Positions 13,881-25,174 of a stretch of 64,000 nucleotides of DNA are shown in pieces. Below the pieces are notes generated by a model. That model was not told the DNA's origin, made no database searches, and saw only the letters and a program-made list of their open reading frames with translations. Numbering within the stretch: position 1 is the stretch's first letter; every line of letters starts with the position of its first letter. Origin of the DNA: Microthyrium microscopicum (Eukaryota); the NCBI GenBank assembly GCA_010405405.1, contig MU004233.1, forward strand, positions 65,067-129,066, given 5' to 3'. The position numbers and the translations under genes were made by a program.

Positions 13881-14870
13881 GATCAAGGATGCTTTGCAAC
13901 AAGAAATTAGTAAACTCGGTAGGTATATCGAGTATTGACGGAATCCAAAGTCCAGTCTCAATAACGAGTCCCAATGCTTATTATTATATGCTTCTTAGCC
14001 AAAGCTCGACAGCTTTGCCTCCAAGTCTTAGATATACTTCAGTCCAACCATTGCAAAAGAAGGTAGGTAGTCTGGACCTCCAATGCGCTACCGTAGATTA
14101 GAATATTCTTACGGTTCTCGGAGACATGTATATTCGAGCCTGTCCCTTGCTATGTCGCATAATTAGCCAATCATAGTATAGTAGAGGCCATTGACAGCTC
14201 TAGCTCAGACCAGGCTAGTTAATGGATCTACAGAGGATAAGGTCAAAGAATTGGTTTCCCGACTTGCTGAAACACATATCGAGCAGACCAGGGCAAGTCC
14301 ATATTAGATCTACCAGCTGCTCCGGAAAGACATGCCGAGACCTGGTTCCTGGCAATACAGGGTTCAATCAATGCTTTGAGCAGAATTTGGGCATTGAGGT
14401 TTTCACATGGAATGTAACCGAACATCCTGTTATCATTCCGAAAAAGCTACTTCCGCTTTCTTTGATTCTGTTTGTCGTAAACGAAAGTAGAAGTCGTACA
14501 ATAATGGAACACGAGCTTCTAAATTCCTGTCTTGCTAATGTCTTTACATTAATAATTTGAACATCACTCTAACGAAAGAATTATACTCAGAGCCTAGGCA
14601 GTTGTCTTGCCATGTTTGGAACCCTGCATAATATCTTAGCCGGTACTGTACGTATTTAACTTAATAACATATAGTTCTTATGTTGTAAATATATCTTGTA
14701 GGGGAAGTAGGCAAACTCTTAGGAGCTTCGTAATACTAGTAATGGATACAATTCACTAGCCCCTTAATATGGTCGCACCACCCTTGGCGAAATATAGCTT
14801 AGGGAGTAAAAGAACAAAATAAGGTAAATAAGTTCTATACTTATAACTAGGAGCAGAAGCCTACTATATA

Positions 14871-15101
14871 CTATAGCGGGCGACGGGAGGTTATAGAAAT
14901 AGTATTACAAGGATGTTTTTATAATTTCTAATAATATTTAGTAAAAAAATAGTACTTCTTAGAATAGAAAAAAAAATTATAGATTTATTTAGAAATAGTA
15001 TTTTCTTTAGAAGTACTATTTTTAGGCTAAAAATAGTCTTTTAAAAGTAATACTTTTTATAATACTAAAAAAAAGGGTATAATAGGCTAAAACTAGTACC
15101 T

Positions 15102-15135
<34 letters not shown>

Positions 15136-15487
15136 TTTCTTATATTTAAACTACGAATTAGGCTAGTATAGTATTATATTATAATAAGAGTTATAAGTCT
15201 ATAGTTCTACTATAATTATAATTTACTAAGTTAAGAATTACTCTTAATTAAGTTATATAGAAGTAGGAGTAAGGCTTAGTAATTTACTCTTACTAAAGTA
15301 CTTATTATAACTTCTTTCTTTTCTATTAAAGATACTTAAAGTAGATAAATATAGACTTAAGCTAAAGATAGGTAAATATAACGCTTAAATAATAAATAGA
15401 TTATATTACGAAGTTTTAATTATAACTTTATACTCTATAAAAACATCGCTAGAAATAATTTCTATAACCCTCTCTACTACGCTATAG
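14871..15487. mobile_element. RIP-degraded MITE-like element flanked by TA (Tc1/mariner-type), with internal poly-T
   Basis: AT-rich island with ends TA|CTATAGCG...CGCTATAG|TA. About 50-bp imperfect inverted termini share GGTTATAGAAAT and GATGTTTTTATA. T29 tract at 15104-15132. Confidence 0.65.
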
Positions 15488-15630
15488 TAAACATCTTCCG
15501 TAAGCTTATTATTTAACCGTAATAATGACTTCCTAGCACTTCCTATCACTTCATGCAAAGATTAACATTAGATTTTTGAGTTCTAGCGGATCTATCAGTC
15601 TTTTAATAATATAGAAGCTATTGTCTGTTC

Positions 15631-17126
15631 TCAAGAACTAGTAGTACAGTTTTGTCTCGCATAAGCTCCATAAAATGCTGCAGCAGTTCTTTGGCTATAG
15701 GGAAGATTGTTGACGGTAACATTAGAAGCCCAGCATGTACTCATGTAACCGGTATAGAACACAAAACTGAGGCAATCGGAATGAGGCAGACAGCCTTGCG
15801 TGTAACACTCCTCGGCGGTGTCGACTTCAATGGTGACGATAGTATTAGCAGCTGGAGGACTGTCCGTGCCACCTCTGGATAGAAAATAAGGAGAGCAGGC
15901 TGATGAAGATGCGGATGCGGTGGAGCTTGTAGACGTCGCTGGTAGTAAGCTGGTTGACGATACAATGGCGCTGCTTGATGAGGGCACTGGTATGCATGAC
16001 CGGTCATAGAAGGAATATGGGCTTCCTGCAACTGCAACGAAGTTTCCAGTAACTGGAGCCGCGTACAGCAGGCAGGCACCTCCAGCCGCGAAGCTGCGAC
16101 ATGCACTATTGGCTAGACAGATGGCTGAGCAGGATGTGAAGTTGGAGTTTGCCAGTGTGTCATCGTAGAAAAACGCTTGTGGAGTTCCAGAGTCGTACCC
16201 GGGGGATCCACAGACTGCTGGTGCGGACAATGAAGTAGTAGGAGCACTGGATGTTGACGACGCCTGCTGCACTAAAACCGATGATGACTGCTGAAGTGAG
16301 GTTGACGGGGACAGCTGTACTGAGCTTGATGATGACTGCTGTCTTGAGCTTGTTGACGGCACTTGTGGTCCTGATGATGACTTTGTCGTTGGTGGCGCCG
16401 ATGATGTTGAAAGTACTGTTGCTTGAGAAGAGAACACAGATGTAGTTGACTTTGTCTGTGGCACTGATATTGAGGAAGATGATGTAACTTTAACGAGCGT
16501 GCTGCTTGCTGTTGATGTTGCTGCGATTGATTGCTTTGCTGAGGTGGAAGAGGATGATGCCGATATACACGCTTTGTCATAAAAGACATACGGGCTGCTT
16601 GTAATTTTGTTGACATTGCTTGCTCTAGTATCAAATTAGATTGGTTCTCCATGACTATTTGCATTCAACGGGTCGACAAAATAAATGGCGAGCCCCCAGC
16701 GAGTGTGATGTGTACCGCCGCACCTTATGAAGATCATACTCTCTAACTCGCATCGTATCCAATATTCCACTGTTATTTCTTCTTGTTCGAAAGGAAATAA
16801 AGCAGTTTATAGAAGAACGTAGCGGATGGGAGGCAACGAAGCTGATGGGAGCGTGCCATTTATTTTGTGCTTTGGATGGCATGCTGATTTGACTCTTACA
16901 CTGAGGTTGAATAGAGCAAGCAGGTACTGGATCCAACAGCAAAAGATTTACAGCTCGCATCATTCTGACATTGACCACTGCACCCAGCATAAGTCGCAAT
17001 GGAGGACTTGGTGCTAGAATAATATGCCGAAACACCTTTGTCATAACCGTTGACTCCACAAGATATGGATTGGGAAGAGACCAGTGTTGTTGAAAGAAAA
17101 ATAGCGAGCGAAATCGATGAAAACAT
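15631..17126 (-). CDS. secreted Ser/Thr-rich protein with three Cys-rich PAN/Apple-like modules
   Basis: ATG 17126 with signal peptide. Exon 1 is 17126-16900, the intron 16899-16625 and exon 2 runs to 15631. Repeated module CGxxGYD...C...C.....C.SFA.G..CLLY...SPY.FYD..C. Confidence 0.8.
16625..16899 (-). mobile_element. introner-like long hairpin intron (275 nt)
   Basis: GTAAG...CTAAT...TAG, frame-restoring. Perfect 14-bp inverted repeat at 16676-16689/16855-16868. Segment CATCCAAAGCACAAAATAAATG..CCCATC..TTCGTTGCCTCCCAT resembles intron 32816-32585. Confidence 0.6.
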
Positions 17127-17980
17127 CGTGAAGAGATGGTTGTGTCGGAAAGAAACGACGAGATTACGAAGCTCGTCGGCGTAGTGGAAAAAAATGCAGG
17201 AAAGTTGAAGATTTTCGTTCATAGAGAGTGACCAGGAGTTGCTCAAGACTTCTTTATGAGTTTGTAATATTGTAGATAGGCTGCAAAAAGGCTGCAATTC
17301 TTCCCGTATCTTTGTGCGCCCACAGACGGCCAAACTGAAAATTCAACCCAAAGTTCAGCTGGGCGGCATAAGGAGAGTTACACATTATTCCTACCGCACT
17401 GACAATTTGTGCGAAGGCGGGTGTATTTACCAACCAAAACGTACGAAGCGAACGAGGCGTCGAATAACCTTGCTTTGCCAAGTTGGATACCCCATACTCC
17501 GTAGCCTCATCGTGGTTGTGGCAGTTGTTCCTGGAAATAGGAGAAGCTGGTAATCAACCAGTCGTTGCCTTTAGTCTTTAAGGGATATTGATATTCTACA
17601 GCATATTCATATTCTTTGGTGAGGCCAAAATATCTCATGCTCATGGTCATAATAAGATATAAGAAGTACTTGGTATGCAGTCAAGCATTGGTGAAACCGA
17701 GGATAAGCTTTCTGATAAGCTTTATGTATGCTGGCTGGCTGAGAATGAGATCAATCCTGACTTGTCCCAGGTCATCAAGTACTGCATGGCAGTGGTGCAT
17801 GCATGGCTGGGAGACTCTGGCGCGGTCAAAAATAAGCCAGAACATTCTTAACGAGCGTTTGATGTTTGCGATCTGAGCCGAATGCTAAGACAAAAGGATT
17901 GCTAATCTGCGCAGCTCCAGGAGGAAGACAATTGCAAGTCGTGAGATTCATAGACTTTCATTCCTCGCAAAATCTCTCAA

Positions 17981-19609
17981 CTATCCTAGCCAGTCATACC
18001 ACAACGGCTGACCTGTCGTAATGCAGTTATAACTCCAAAAGTCATTGAGATGGCCGGTATACCGAGCGAGACTTATTCCAGCGGTGACAACTGCTACATA
18101 ACTTGGAACCATATACTTGTTATTGGCTGGAACAAGCTCATTTGTGAGTGCTTTGAGATGGCGGCTTAATCGTGATGATTTTGGTGCGCAATATGTGAGC
18201 ACCCGTAAACATATAGCTGGAAGTACTGGAGAGGCTATCGTGAGTAACAGCTTGAAGTATAGCAGGAGAAACCCCGGTTGTAGGCATGTGCCAATTATTA
18301 TGGGTAGTTTCTCTATTGGCTGCAATACCACATAAAGCCAGCGAGGTAGCGCTGAGAAATCCCATGTTTTGAAAATGTAGAAGAACGGTATAACCAGAAA
18401 GTCTGTCGAATAGGAGACTGGGACCCAGAGATTGAAGGCTGTCTGCAACCAGATCACAAGTGCTCCTAATATCATGGCTGTCGTCTGAGAATAGTCAAAT
18501 ATGCTCCAATTCCATTTGAAAGGATTCGATTCAATATCTTCCTGTTCAACATCTTTGCGCAACAGTGCACTAAAAGTGACTGCGCTGGATTTCTCGCTAG
18601 AATTCAGTTCTCTGCTCCCGCTAGCAATGAGAAGAAATTCCACAGCGAACCATCCTATCACAAACATGAGACCAAACAGTTTGGGGCCAGTCAGTGGGTT
18701 CCATCCACCGGAAACGACAGCCAGCTTGGCTATTAGCATCAGCATTGGTAGCCAGGCGAACACTCGATACGATATGGCCGTTTCCCGTCGAGAGACTTCT
18801 TCAAGTTGAGACAGAAAGATTTTGTCTTTGATTTGCTCATTCCATCGGTAGCCCAACCAGCGTGCCTGTTTCTGTGCCTCTCTTTGCCGTTCAACCTCCC
18901 TTTGTGCATGATAGATCTTCATCTTGGCTTCCACAAGAGCGCTTACGGCGAGAATTTTCCCCATTTCATCCTTTGTTCGACCCTCCTCAGCTCCCACAAT
19001 CTCAATGGTAGGTGTACGTTTGTAAGCGGAGGTAGTGGAGACCTCGTCTCGAGCGGTCGAATGAGCTTCGTTGGTTGAGTTATCGTCAACTTTGTCTTCT
19101 GCTTTCTTGGCTTTGTCTTTGTCTTCGATCTGAGCCCGAGCAATATCGTACACCGAGGTAGGTAGGGTATTGCTTGATCTCACAGCTAATATGGTCGAGC
19201 ACACAACTCGCCATGAGTAGCCACCAATCTTGCCCCGAATAACCGCATACAATATGGCGAGTGTCTCAACGAAGACAAATAGAGGCACAAGCCGCCATAC
19301 CCGTCCGGATTGATTGAAGGCGAGGGAGCCGGGTAGATGAGCGACGCAGCAGAAGGCAAGGGACGCGAGGGTGAAAAAGGCCGCGCCTGGGGACCAGTTG
19401 TTGTTGGCGCATGACGAAGGGTAGTTGGAAGTATTGCTGGTATTATTTGAAATCGAAATGGAAGAGCTGGCCTCAAGAGTTTGTGGTAGTATTGAAGACG
19501 TCGTCGCGGTTGCGAAGGCTGGTGTCGTTAATAATGCCAAGAGGATCAGCGACGCAGCTTTTGGTGGTTGGAATTGTGGATATATCCAACTCCAGGCTTT
19601 TTGGTTCAT
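17981..19609 (-). CDS. hypothetical multi-pass membrane protein (542 aa)
   Basis: Long intronless ORF with a signal-like N-terminus, several hydrophobic helices and a charged central loop. No family recognised. Confidence 0.7.
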   Translation of the reverse strand: MNQKAWSWIYPQFQPPKAASLILLALLTTPAFATATTSSILPQTLEASSSISISNNTSNTSNYPSSCANNNWSPGAAFFTLASLAFCCVAHLPGSLAFNQSGRVWRLVPLFVFVETLAILYAVIRGKIGGYSWRVVCSTILAVRSSNTLPTSVYDIARAQIEDKDKAKKAEDKVDDNSTNEAHSTARDEVSTTSAYKRTPTIEIVGAEEGRTKDEMGKILAVSALVEAKMKIYHAQREVERQREAQKQARWLGYRWNEQIKDKIFLSQLEEVSRRETAISYRVFAWLPMLMLIAKLAVVSGGWNPLTGPKLFGLMFVIGWFAVEFLLIASGSRELNSSEKSSAVTFSALLRKDVEQEDIESNPFKWNWSIFDYSQTTAMILGALVIWLQTAFNLWVPVSYSTDFLVIPFFYIFKTWDFSALPRWLYVVLQPIEKLPIIIGTCLQPGFLLLYFKLLLTIASPVLPAICLRVLTYCAPKSSRLSRHLKALTNELVPANNKYMVPSYVAVVTAGISLARYTGHLNDFWSYNCITTGQPLWYDWLG

Positions 19610-20002
19610 TGTTCAATTTGTTCTAGATTTCTTACGCGCTGAATTGCTGAATTCTTCAAATCCAACTCATCTCCTCAGGAGCAGTGAGCTTTCGTATTTT
19701 GAAGCGCCGCTCGCCACATGCATTCTCCATAAATACATCTGCCCCTGAGTTCTAGAGTCTACACAGCCTTCACGCTGAACGCCACAAACGAGGCTTCCTC
19801 TGAGCTGATTCCTGAAAGGGCATCCAACAACGCCAAATAATTCCATCATTACGCGCCTAGTTCTGAGATACACGTGCGGAATTTCCAGTAGCTTAGTCTT
19901 TCTTCGCTGTTACTTTGGTGTACCAGATGTCGCAGGCCAATACGCACAAATCTGGAACATATTTGGAAATCAGCATAGAAATCCAACTTACGGATAGACA
20001 AC

Positions 20003-22465
20003 ATGCAAACCGACGAGTACCTGCCCATTCGGCAGGCTGGAACTCCAGAGTATCAACCATACACCGCTGCTCCTCCGGCCTACAAACCACCATGCAGCTG
20101 CCCTGACTGCGACTCCTACTGGTACACATATCAAGAGCAACACACTGACAGATATTGTTACGTCGACCAAGTCACGAACGCACAAGCTCAAAAGATTATC
20201 AGCACACATATTGAACAGATCAAAGCTGATCGACAAACTCTTGTAGATCGCTGCGCCCTTCATGGTGACCGCATTATTACTCGTTGGAAGAAAAAGAGCA
20301 GAGACCAAAGAGCATCCTGCTTAATTCAGGCGGAACCCGATCTTTATCCTCAACAGTGGTTCTTGCCCAGGTATACAAACACCGATCCGCATTGGAAAGA
20401 AGTCCGACAATATCATAGATTCCACATGCTGCTCCCCTACTTGAGTGTTGAGCTTCTCAAAAGTTCCCCCATGGTTTTGTTTGGTCTTCTTCACAATCGG
20501 ACCGCATTTGACCCAGAAAGATGGATACCATTTGATAGCCGAGAATTGAAAACAGCATGGGCAGGTGGGTTTCTAGATGTCGATTTCAATCCATCCTGTG
20601 TTGTCATGCATGGTCAAGAACTTGGGAACTTGATACCCTGGCAGGCAAATATAGTCCATCGAGCCGATGCTATTGGATTTCCACGAGCTCGTTTGATCTT
20701 CGAAGCACAAGCACGACTTCTCAGACTGTTGTGCCGAATCACAGATTTGATCTTGGATGGAGTCAAGCCTGATGCACCAGCTGCCTGTCTGAAATGGACT
20801 GAGATGACAGGGCAAGGTTTTAAACAACCAGGAGATATCGCCTTCTGGTCACAATATACCAACCAGGCTTTCTCAAAGCCACCCGACTTTAAAATTGAAG
20901 TTCTGCTCTCTAAAGCAAAAGCAAGAACCGACGCTTTGGCTGATCACTTTTGGCTACTACAAACAGATGTACCTTATATGCGTCGCTACGTTAAACAAAT
21001 ATCTGAAGCTTCTGTTATCAAGAATTCTAGGAGACAACCTGGGACAGAGGCTTCGGAAATAGTTGCAGTTGAGATTTGCTACGATCTCAGCGTATATTGG
21101 TTTTGGCGAACCATCAATGACGAGCTGGAGCATATTCAAAGTTGCCGGAACAGATTTAGAGATCATATCAATCCAGGAGAAGCATTGCCACCCAAGTACG
21201 ACGAAGCTCTAGGAACGATTGAACTGTTGCTAGTCAATGCTATGCGTAAGCGATCAAGGCATCTTCAAGCAATCGTACCCCAAAGGCCTGGTTTTGCCCA
21301 GTATTATCAACATTCTCCTTCCAACGAGGAGGGTGTGCTCACCTATCGACGAACACGTAAAACAAAGATCACTGATCTGTTCAATGAAGACCCACTGGAA
21401 TGGGCACTTATACAGCTTCAGGGTGAGCCGGACGCGGCTCTGCGATTCGATCATGCCATGTTGTTCAACTTTCTCGATAATCATCTTGTGGACTGCTCTG
21501 CCAAAGATCGAGCAAGGTTGGATCAAATTCTGTTCCAAAAGCTGTCTGATTATGCTGCAATTCATGAAATGCTCATTGCAGTACGTCTTCATCGACCCCA
21601 AAATACCAATTTGGAGCTCGACGCCATCTTGCCATATGATCACAGAGAACAATATGGCTTCGGACCTAAGACGGAACTTAAGCTTGGACGAAAGGATTTT
21701 GCGATTCTAGGTGTTGCACTTCAAGAGTTTTTAGACACACCTGCGCCTACCGGCACGAAAGATCGGAACTGGCTCCAACAATCTGATCTCACCAACGACA
21801 GAATGATCAAGTTCTGGGTCATGGTCCGTCTAGTGTACGAAAATCAAATCAGCACTCTAGGATTATCGCCCGAACGCATGTTAGACGTCTTGGGTGCCTG
21901 TGATGGTCCAGAAAATGCGGAAGAAATCAAGTTGCAGCGAGATGCAGTGATGAAAGTCATTGTTCAGACCGAAGAGTCATCAGAGTACCCACAGCAATCA
22001 TCTCAAAACATTCCGGATAACCAAAAGAAATCTGTTCAACAAAGTCAGAATTTCAAGACCAAGGCAAAAACTCGTGGAGAACCAACAAGTCAATCACAAT
22101 TCACAGAAGAAAGTAATGATTCAGGAGACGAGAAAGTCGTGCCAACATTACTTGTAAAGTCTCGCTTTTTGCCTATATTCACGGGCATGTATCCATTGAC
22201 TGGAGAAGAAGGCACCAAGACTGTGGATTGGGATTCCTTTGTTCAAGCACTTGGTGACGTTGGCTTCTCCTCAAGCAACAGTGGTGGGTCTGCTGTGGTT
22301 TTTGAGGGAGGAAAGAATGCGCAGGGAGAACAGGCAGGTGGAAGAATCATTGTTCATAAACCTCATCCTGTGAGCAAAATCGATCCGATTATGCTCCGTT
22401 CATTAGGCAAAAGGTTCGGGAAATGGTTTGGATGGCAGCGAGCTGTCTTTGGCGCCGAAAAATAA
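20003..22465 (+). CDS. conserved-type fungal protein (820 aa) with C-terminal HicA-like domain
   Basis: Intronless ORF. C-terminus VDWDSFVQALGDVGF..GGSAVVF..RIIVHKPHP..IDPIMLRSLGKRF resembles HicA toxin-fold sequences. Confidence 0.8.
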   Translation: MQTDEYLPIRQAGTPEYQPYTAAPPAYKPPCSCPDCDSYWYTYQEQHTDRYCYVDQVTNAQAQKIISTHIEQIKADRQTLVDRCALHGDRIITRWKKKSRDQRASCLIQAEPDLYPQQWFLPRYTNTDPHWKEVRQYHRFHMLLPYLSVELLKSSPMVLFGLLHNRTAFDPERWIPFDSRELKTAWAGGFLDVDFNPSCVVMHGQELGNLIPWQANIVHRADAIGFPRARLIFEAQARLLRLLCRITDLILDGVKPDAPAACLKWTEMTGQGFKQPGDIAFWSQYTNQAFSKPPDFKIEVLLSKAKARTDALADHFWLLQTDVPYMRRYVKQISEASVIKNSRRQPGTEASEIVAVEICYDLSVYWFWRTINDELEHIQSCRNRFRDHINPGEALPPKYDEALGTIELLLVNAMRKRSRHLQAIVPQRPGFAQYYQHSPSNEEGVLTYRRTRKTKITDLFNEDPLEWALIQLQGEPDAALRFDHAMLFNFLDNHLVDCSAKDRARLDQILFQKLSDYAAIHEMLIAVRLHRPQNTNLELDAILPYDHREQYGFGPKTELKLGRKDFAILGVALQEFLDTPAPTGTKDRNWLQQSDLTNDRMIKFWVMVRLVYENQISTLGLSPERMLDVLGACDGPENAEEIKLQRDAVMKVIVQTEESSEYPQQSSQNIPDNQKKSVQQSQNFKTKAKTRGEPTSQSQFTEESNDSGDEKVVPTLLVKSRFLPIFTGMYPLTGEEGTKTVDWDSFVQALGDVGFSSSNSGGSAVVFEGGKNAQGEQAGGRIIVHKPHPVSKIDPIMLRSLGKRFGKWFGWQRAVFGAEK

Positions 22466-23085
22466 ACTTGACGTACATCTTCCGCAGAGAAACAAACGAG
22501 CCATTCCAATCCAGTCTCAGATCTTGGAGCGCTGACTTTGCCAACTTTGATAGGTCCGTTTGGCGCAAAACAAAATCAGGAAACACATGCAAAAGCTCCA
22601 AGTCATAGCACCATTTGATTCCGAAGCACAGTACCCTCCAAGTTGTTCTAACATGTTTAATTCGTGCAGTTCTGCAAGTGGTCTTATCTCTGAGATTGTG
22701 TATACAAAGTATTAATATCCATAACTCCAGATGAGGTTAGACTCTAACCACGGGATCGACGGCATACATTACTAGCACGAACCTTTGCCTTGACATTTGA
22801 AGCAGCACAGGGCTCCACGAGCTTCCTCTCTCTCTCCTCATCCTGTGAGCCACTTAATCCTAGTCAATCTGCTATCAGTGTACATCCCATCCAACTCGCT
22901 TCCAAAACGGCAGGTTAGAATGTAACCATGTACCGGGCTTACCAGAGCGAGTGCAACTACACCTCTCAGGACCTCTCCACGCCAGATCCCGATCATACAT
23001 ATCGTGAAATAACTGCCGCTAAGCTTCAGCTTCAGTGGCTTCATCTACTACTAATATAATACTCTGTCATCGTCGCCAACTGGAC

Positions 23086-24943
23086 ATGTTTACAAGATCA
23101 AATACTCATACTTGGATGCCCGCATGGGTTCCCGAGTCAACTACAACGCTTGCATTTCTTCTCTTGATATGTTCCGCCGTACAATCAAGTGTAAGTTCCA
23201 TTTCTATTTCCAGCCACAATGACTAATTGTCCTTAGACTAATGGCTATGATGGCTCCATGCTCAACGGACTCAATATCCTGCCATCATACACGAACTATT
23301 TCCATCTCAATCCAGCTACTACTGGTCTCAACACAGCATCAGTGTTTATCGGCGGATTCTTTGGTCCAATGGTCTCTGGAGTGATTACCGATCGACTTGG
23401 TCGTCGCCCTGCTATCTTCTGGGGATCTGTCATTACTCTAGTTGGGATTTTACTCCAAACTGCTGCGCAGAACGTTGCCATGTTTGTTATTGCTCGAATT
23501 ATTCTAGGTTTTGGAACTGCGTTATCGGGAATTGCTGCCGGGGTTTATCTTACGGAAACGTTTCCTAGTCGATGGAGGGCCTGGGGTGTAGGCATACTGA
23601 ACAATTTCTACTAGTAAGTCTACTGTAAAGGTACACGCCGAAAGTCTTCCAGCTTATCGGTACAGCGTGGGTGCTCTCATTGCGGCTGGAATTACTCTCG
23701 GAACATCCAAATGGGAATCAACTTGGGCATGGAGAGCCCCATCATTATTCCAAGGAATCTTCTCCCTGCTTTGCATTCTCATACTTCCTTTCATGTAAGC
23801 AAATCATACCTACGAAACGACAAAACTAATCCCACAGACCTGAATCACCTCGTTGGCTAGCTCATAACGGTCATTACGAAGAAGCTCGTACCGTAGTCGC
23901 AGAGACGAATAGTAACGGCAATCTTGTGGACCCAGTCGCCATTACCATATACAAAGAAATCGTCGACACATTAGATTGGGAGAAAAAAGATGGCCGGACT
24001 ATGAGTCCTATGGAAATGTTCAAAACTCCTGTGGCAAGAAAGCGGATGTTGATTGGCATGTCACCAGGTCCAATCTCCTGTGTTGTTGGCAACATTATTG
24101 CCTCCTATTATCTAGGCGATGAACTCACTACAGCGGGAATCACCAACTCAGACGACCAACTCAAAGCTGTAAGTTTCTAGTTTCCGATAAAGCTTCAAGA
24201 CTAACGCATCATAACAGAATATCGTGCTGAACGTATGGTGCTTACTTTGCGCTCTTTTTGGTACACATCTCATCGCCTTATGGGGACGTAAGTCTACTGC
24301 TCTATTGTCGCAGTCTCTACTCATAGTCTGTCTCTTCATCATTGGAGGTCTCTCCAAAAAATACGCGGATAATCCGGGCGGAGCGTCACATAGCCTCATT
24401 TACGGTGATGTGGCGGTGATGTTCTTGTTCCAAGGCTTCTACTCCATCGCATGGACGCCTCTTCTTTTTCTTTATCCACCGGAAGTTATGAATTATTCCA
24501 TTCGTGCCAATGGTTTGGCCTTTTCAACCTTTGCTCTCAATGCATTAGCGTGCGTACCTATTCTACTCCACGTTTTGAGCGTCAAACTTGACTAAACTAA
24601 TCTAGTTGCTTATTGGTCTTTGTAATGCCAATAGCGATCAACAACATTGGCTGGAAGACTTATATCATCAATGGATCCTGGGACATAGTCATTCTGGTCA
24701 TCATTGTAAGCATTTAAGCATACTAAGCTATTCAGTCCTGTTCGCTAATTCTGAGTGTATTAGGCCGTCTATTGGGTTGAAACGAAAGGCAAGACCCTAG
24801 AAGAAATTGATGTGATATTTGAGGGAGAAAAACATTCTTCTGTTCCCAATGTGGAAGCAGTTCGAACAGGTCAAGCTACTGTCGACGTCGATGCAATAGA
24901 GCATGAGCTACATGGAGAGAAAGGAACCATGAAGACTGAATAA
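23086..24943 (+). CDS. MFS sugar porter (lactose permease/cellodextrin transporter-like)
   Basis: Multi-exon. Motifs NGYDGSMLNGL, DRLGRR, ARIILGFG, PESPRWL, YPPEV, VETKGKTLEEID. Stop TAA at 24941-24943. Confidence 0.92.
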
Positions 24944-25174
24944 ACCCACTGCAATAGCTCAACCATCTAAGAGGAGTCCCTTATCGCAGCTCTCAAACAA
25001 AAGCTCTGCTAGATCTCTCCGTATGTGGAACCGCTTCTTGGTACGTTTGACATGCGTACCACGCTGAGAATATGTGCTAGTTACCATCAAGCTAGTATCC
25101 TGAAGCAGCCTACAACGTTAGCCAGAATGCACCGGCTGGTATGCAAGGCAGCAGTAACATTAATATATGATATT

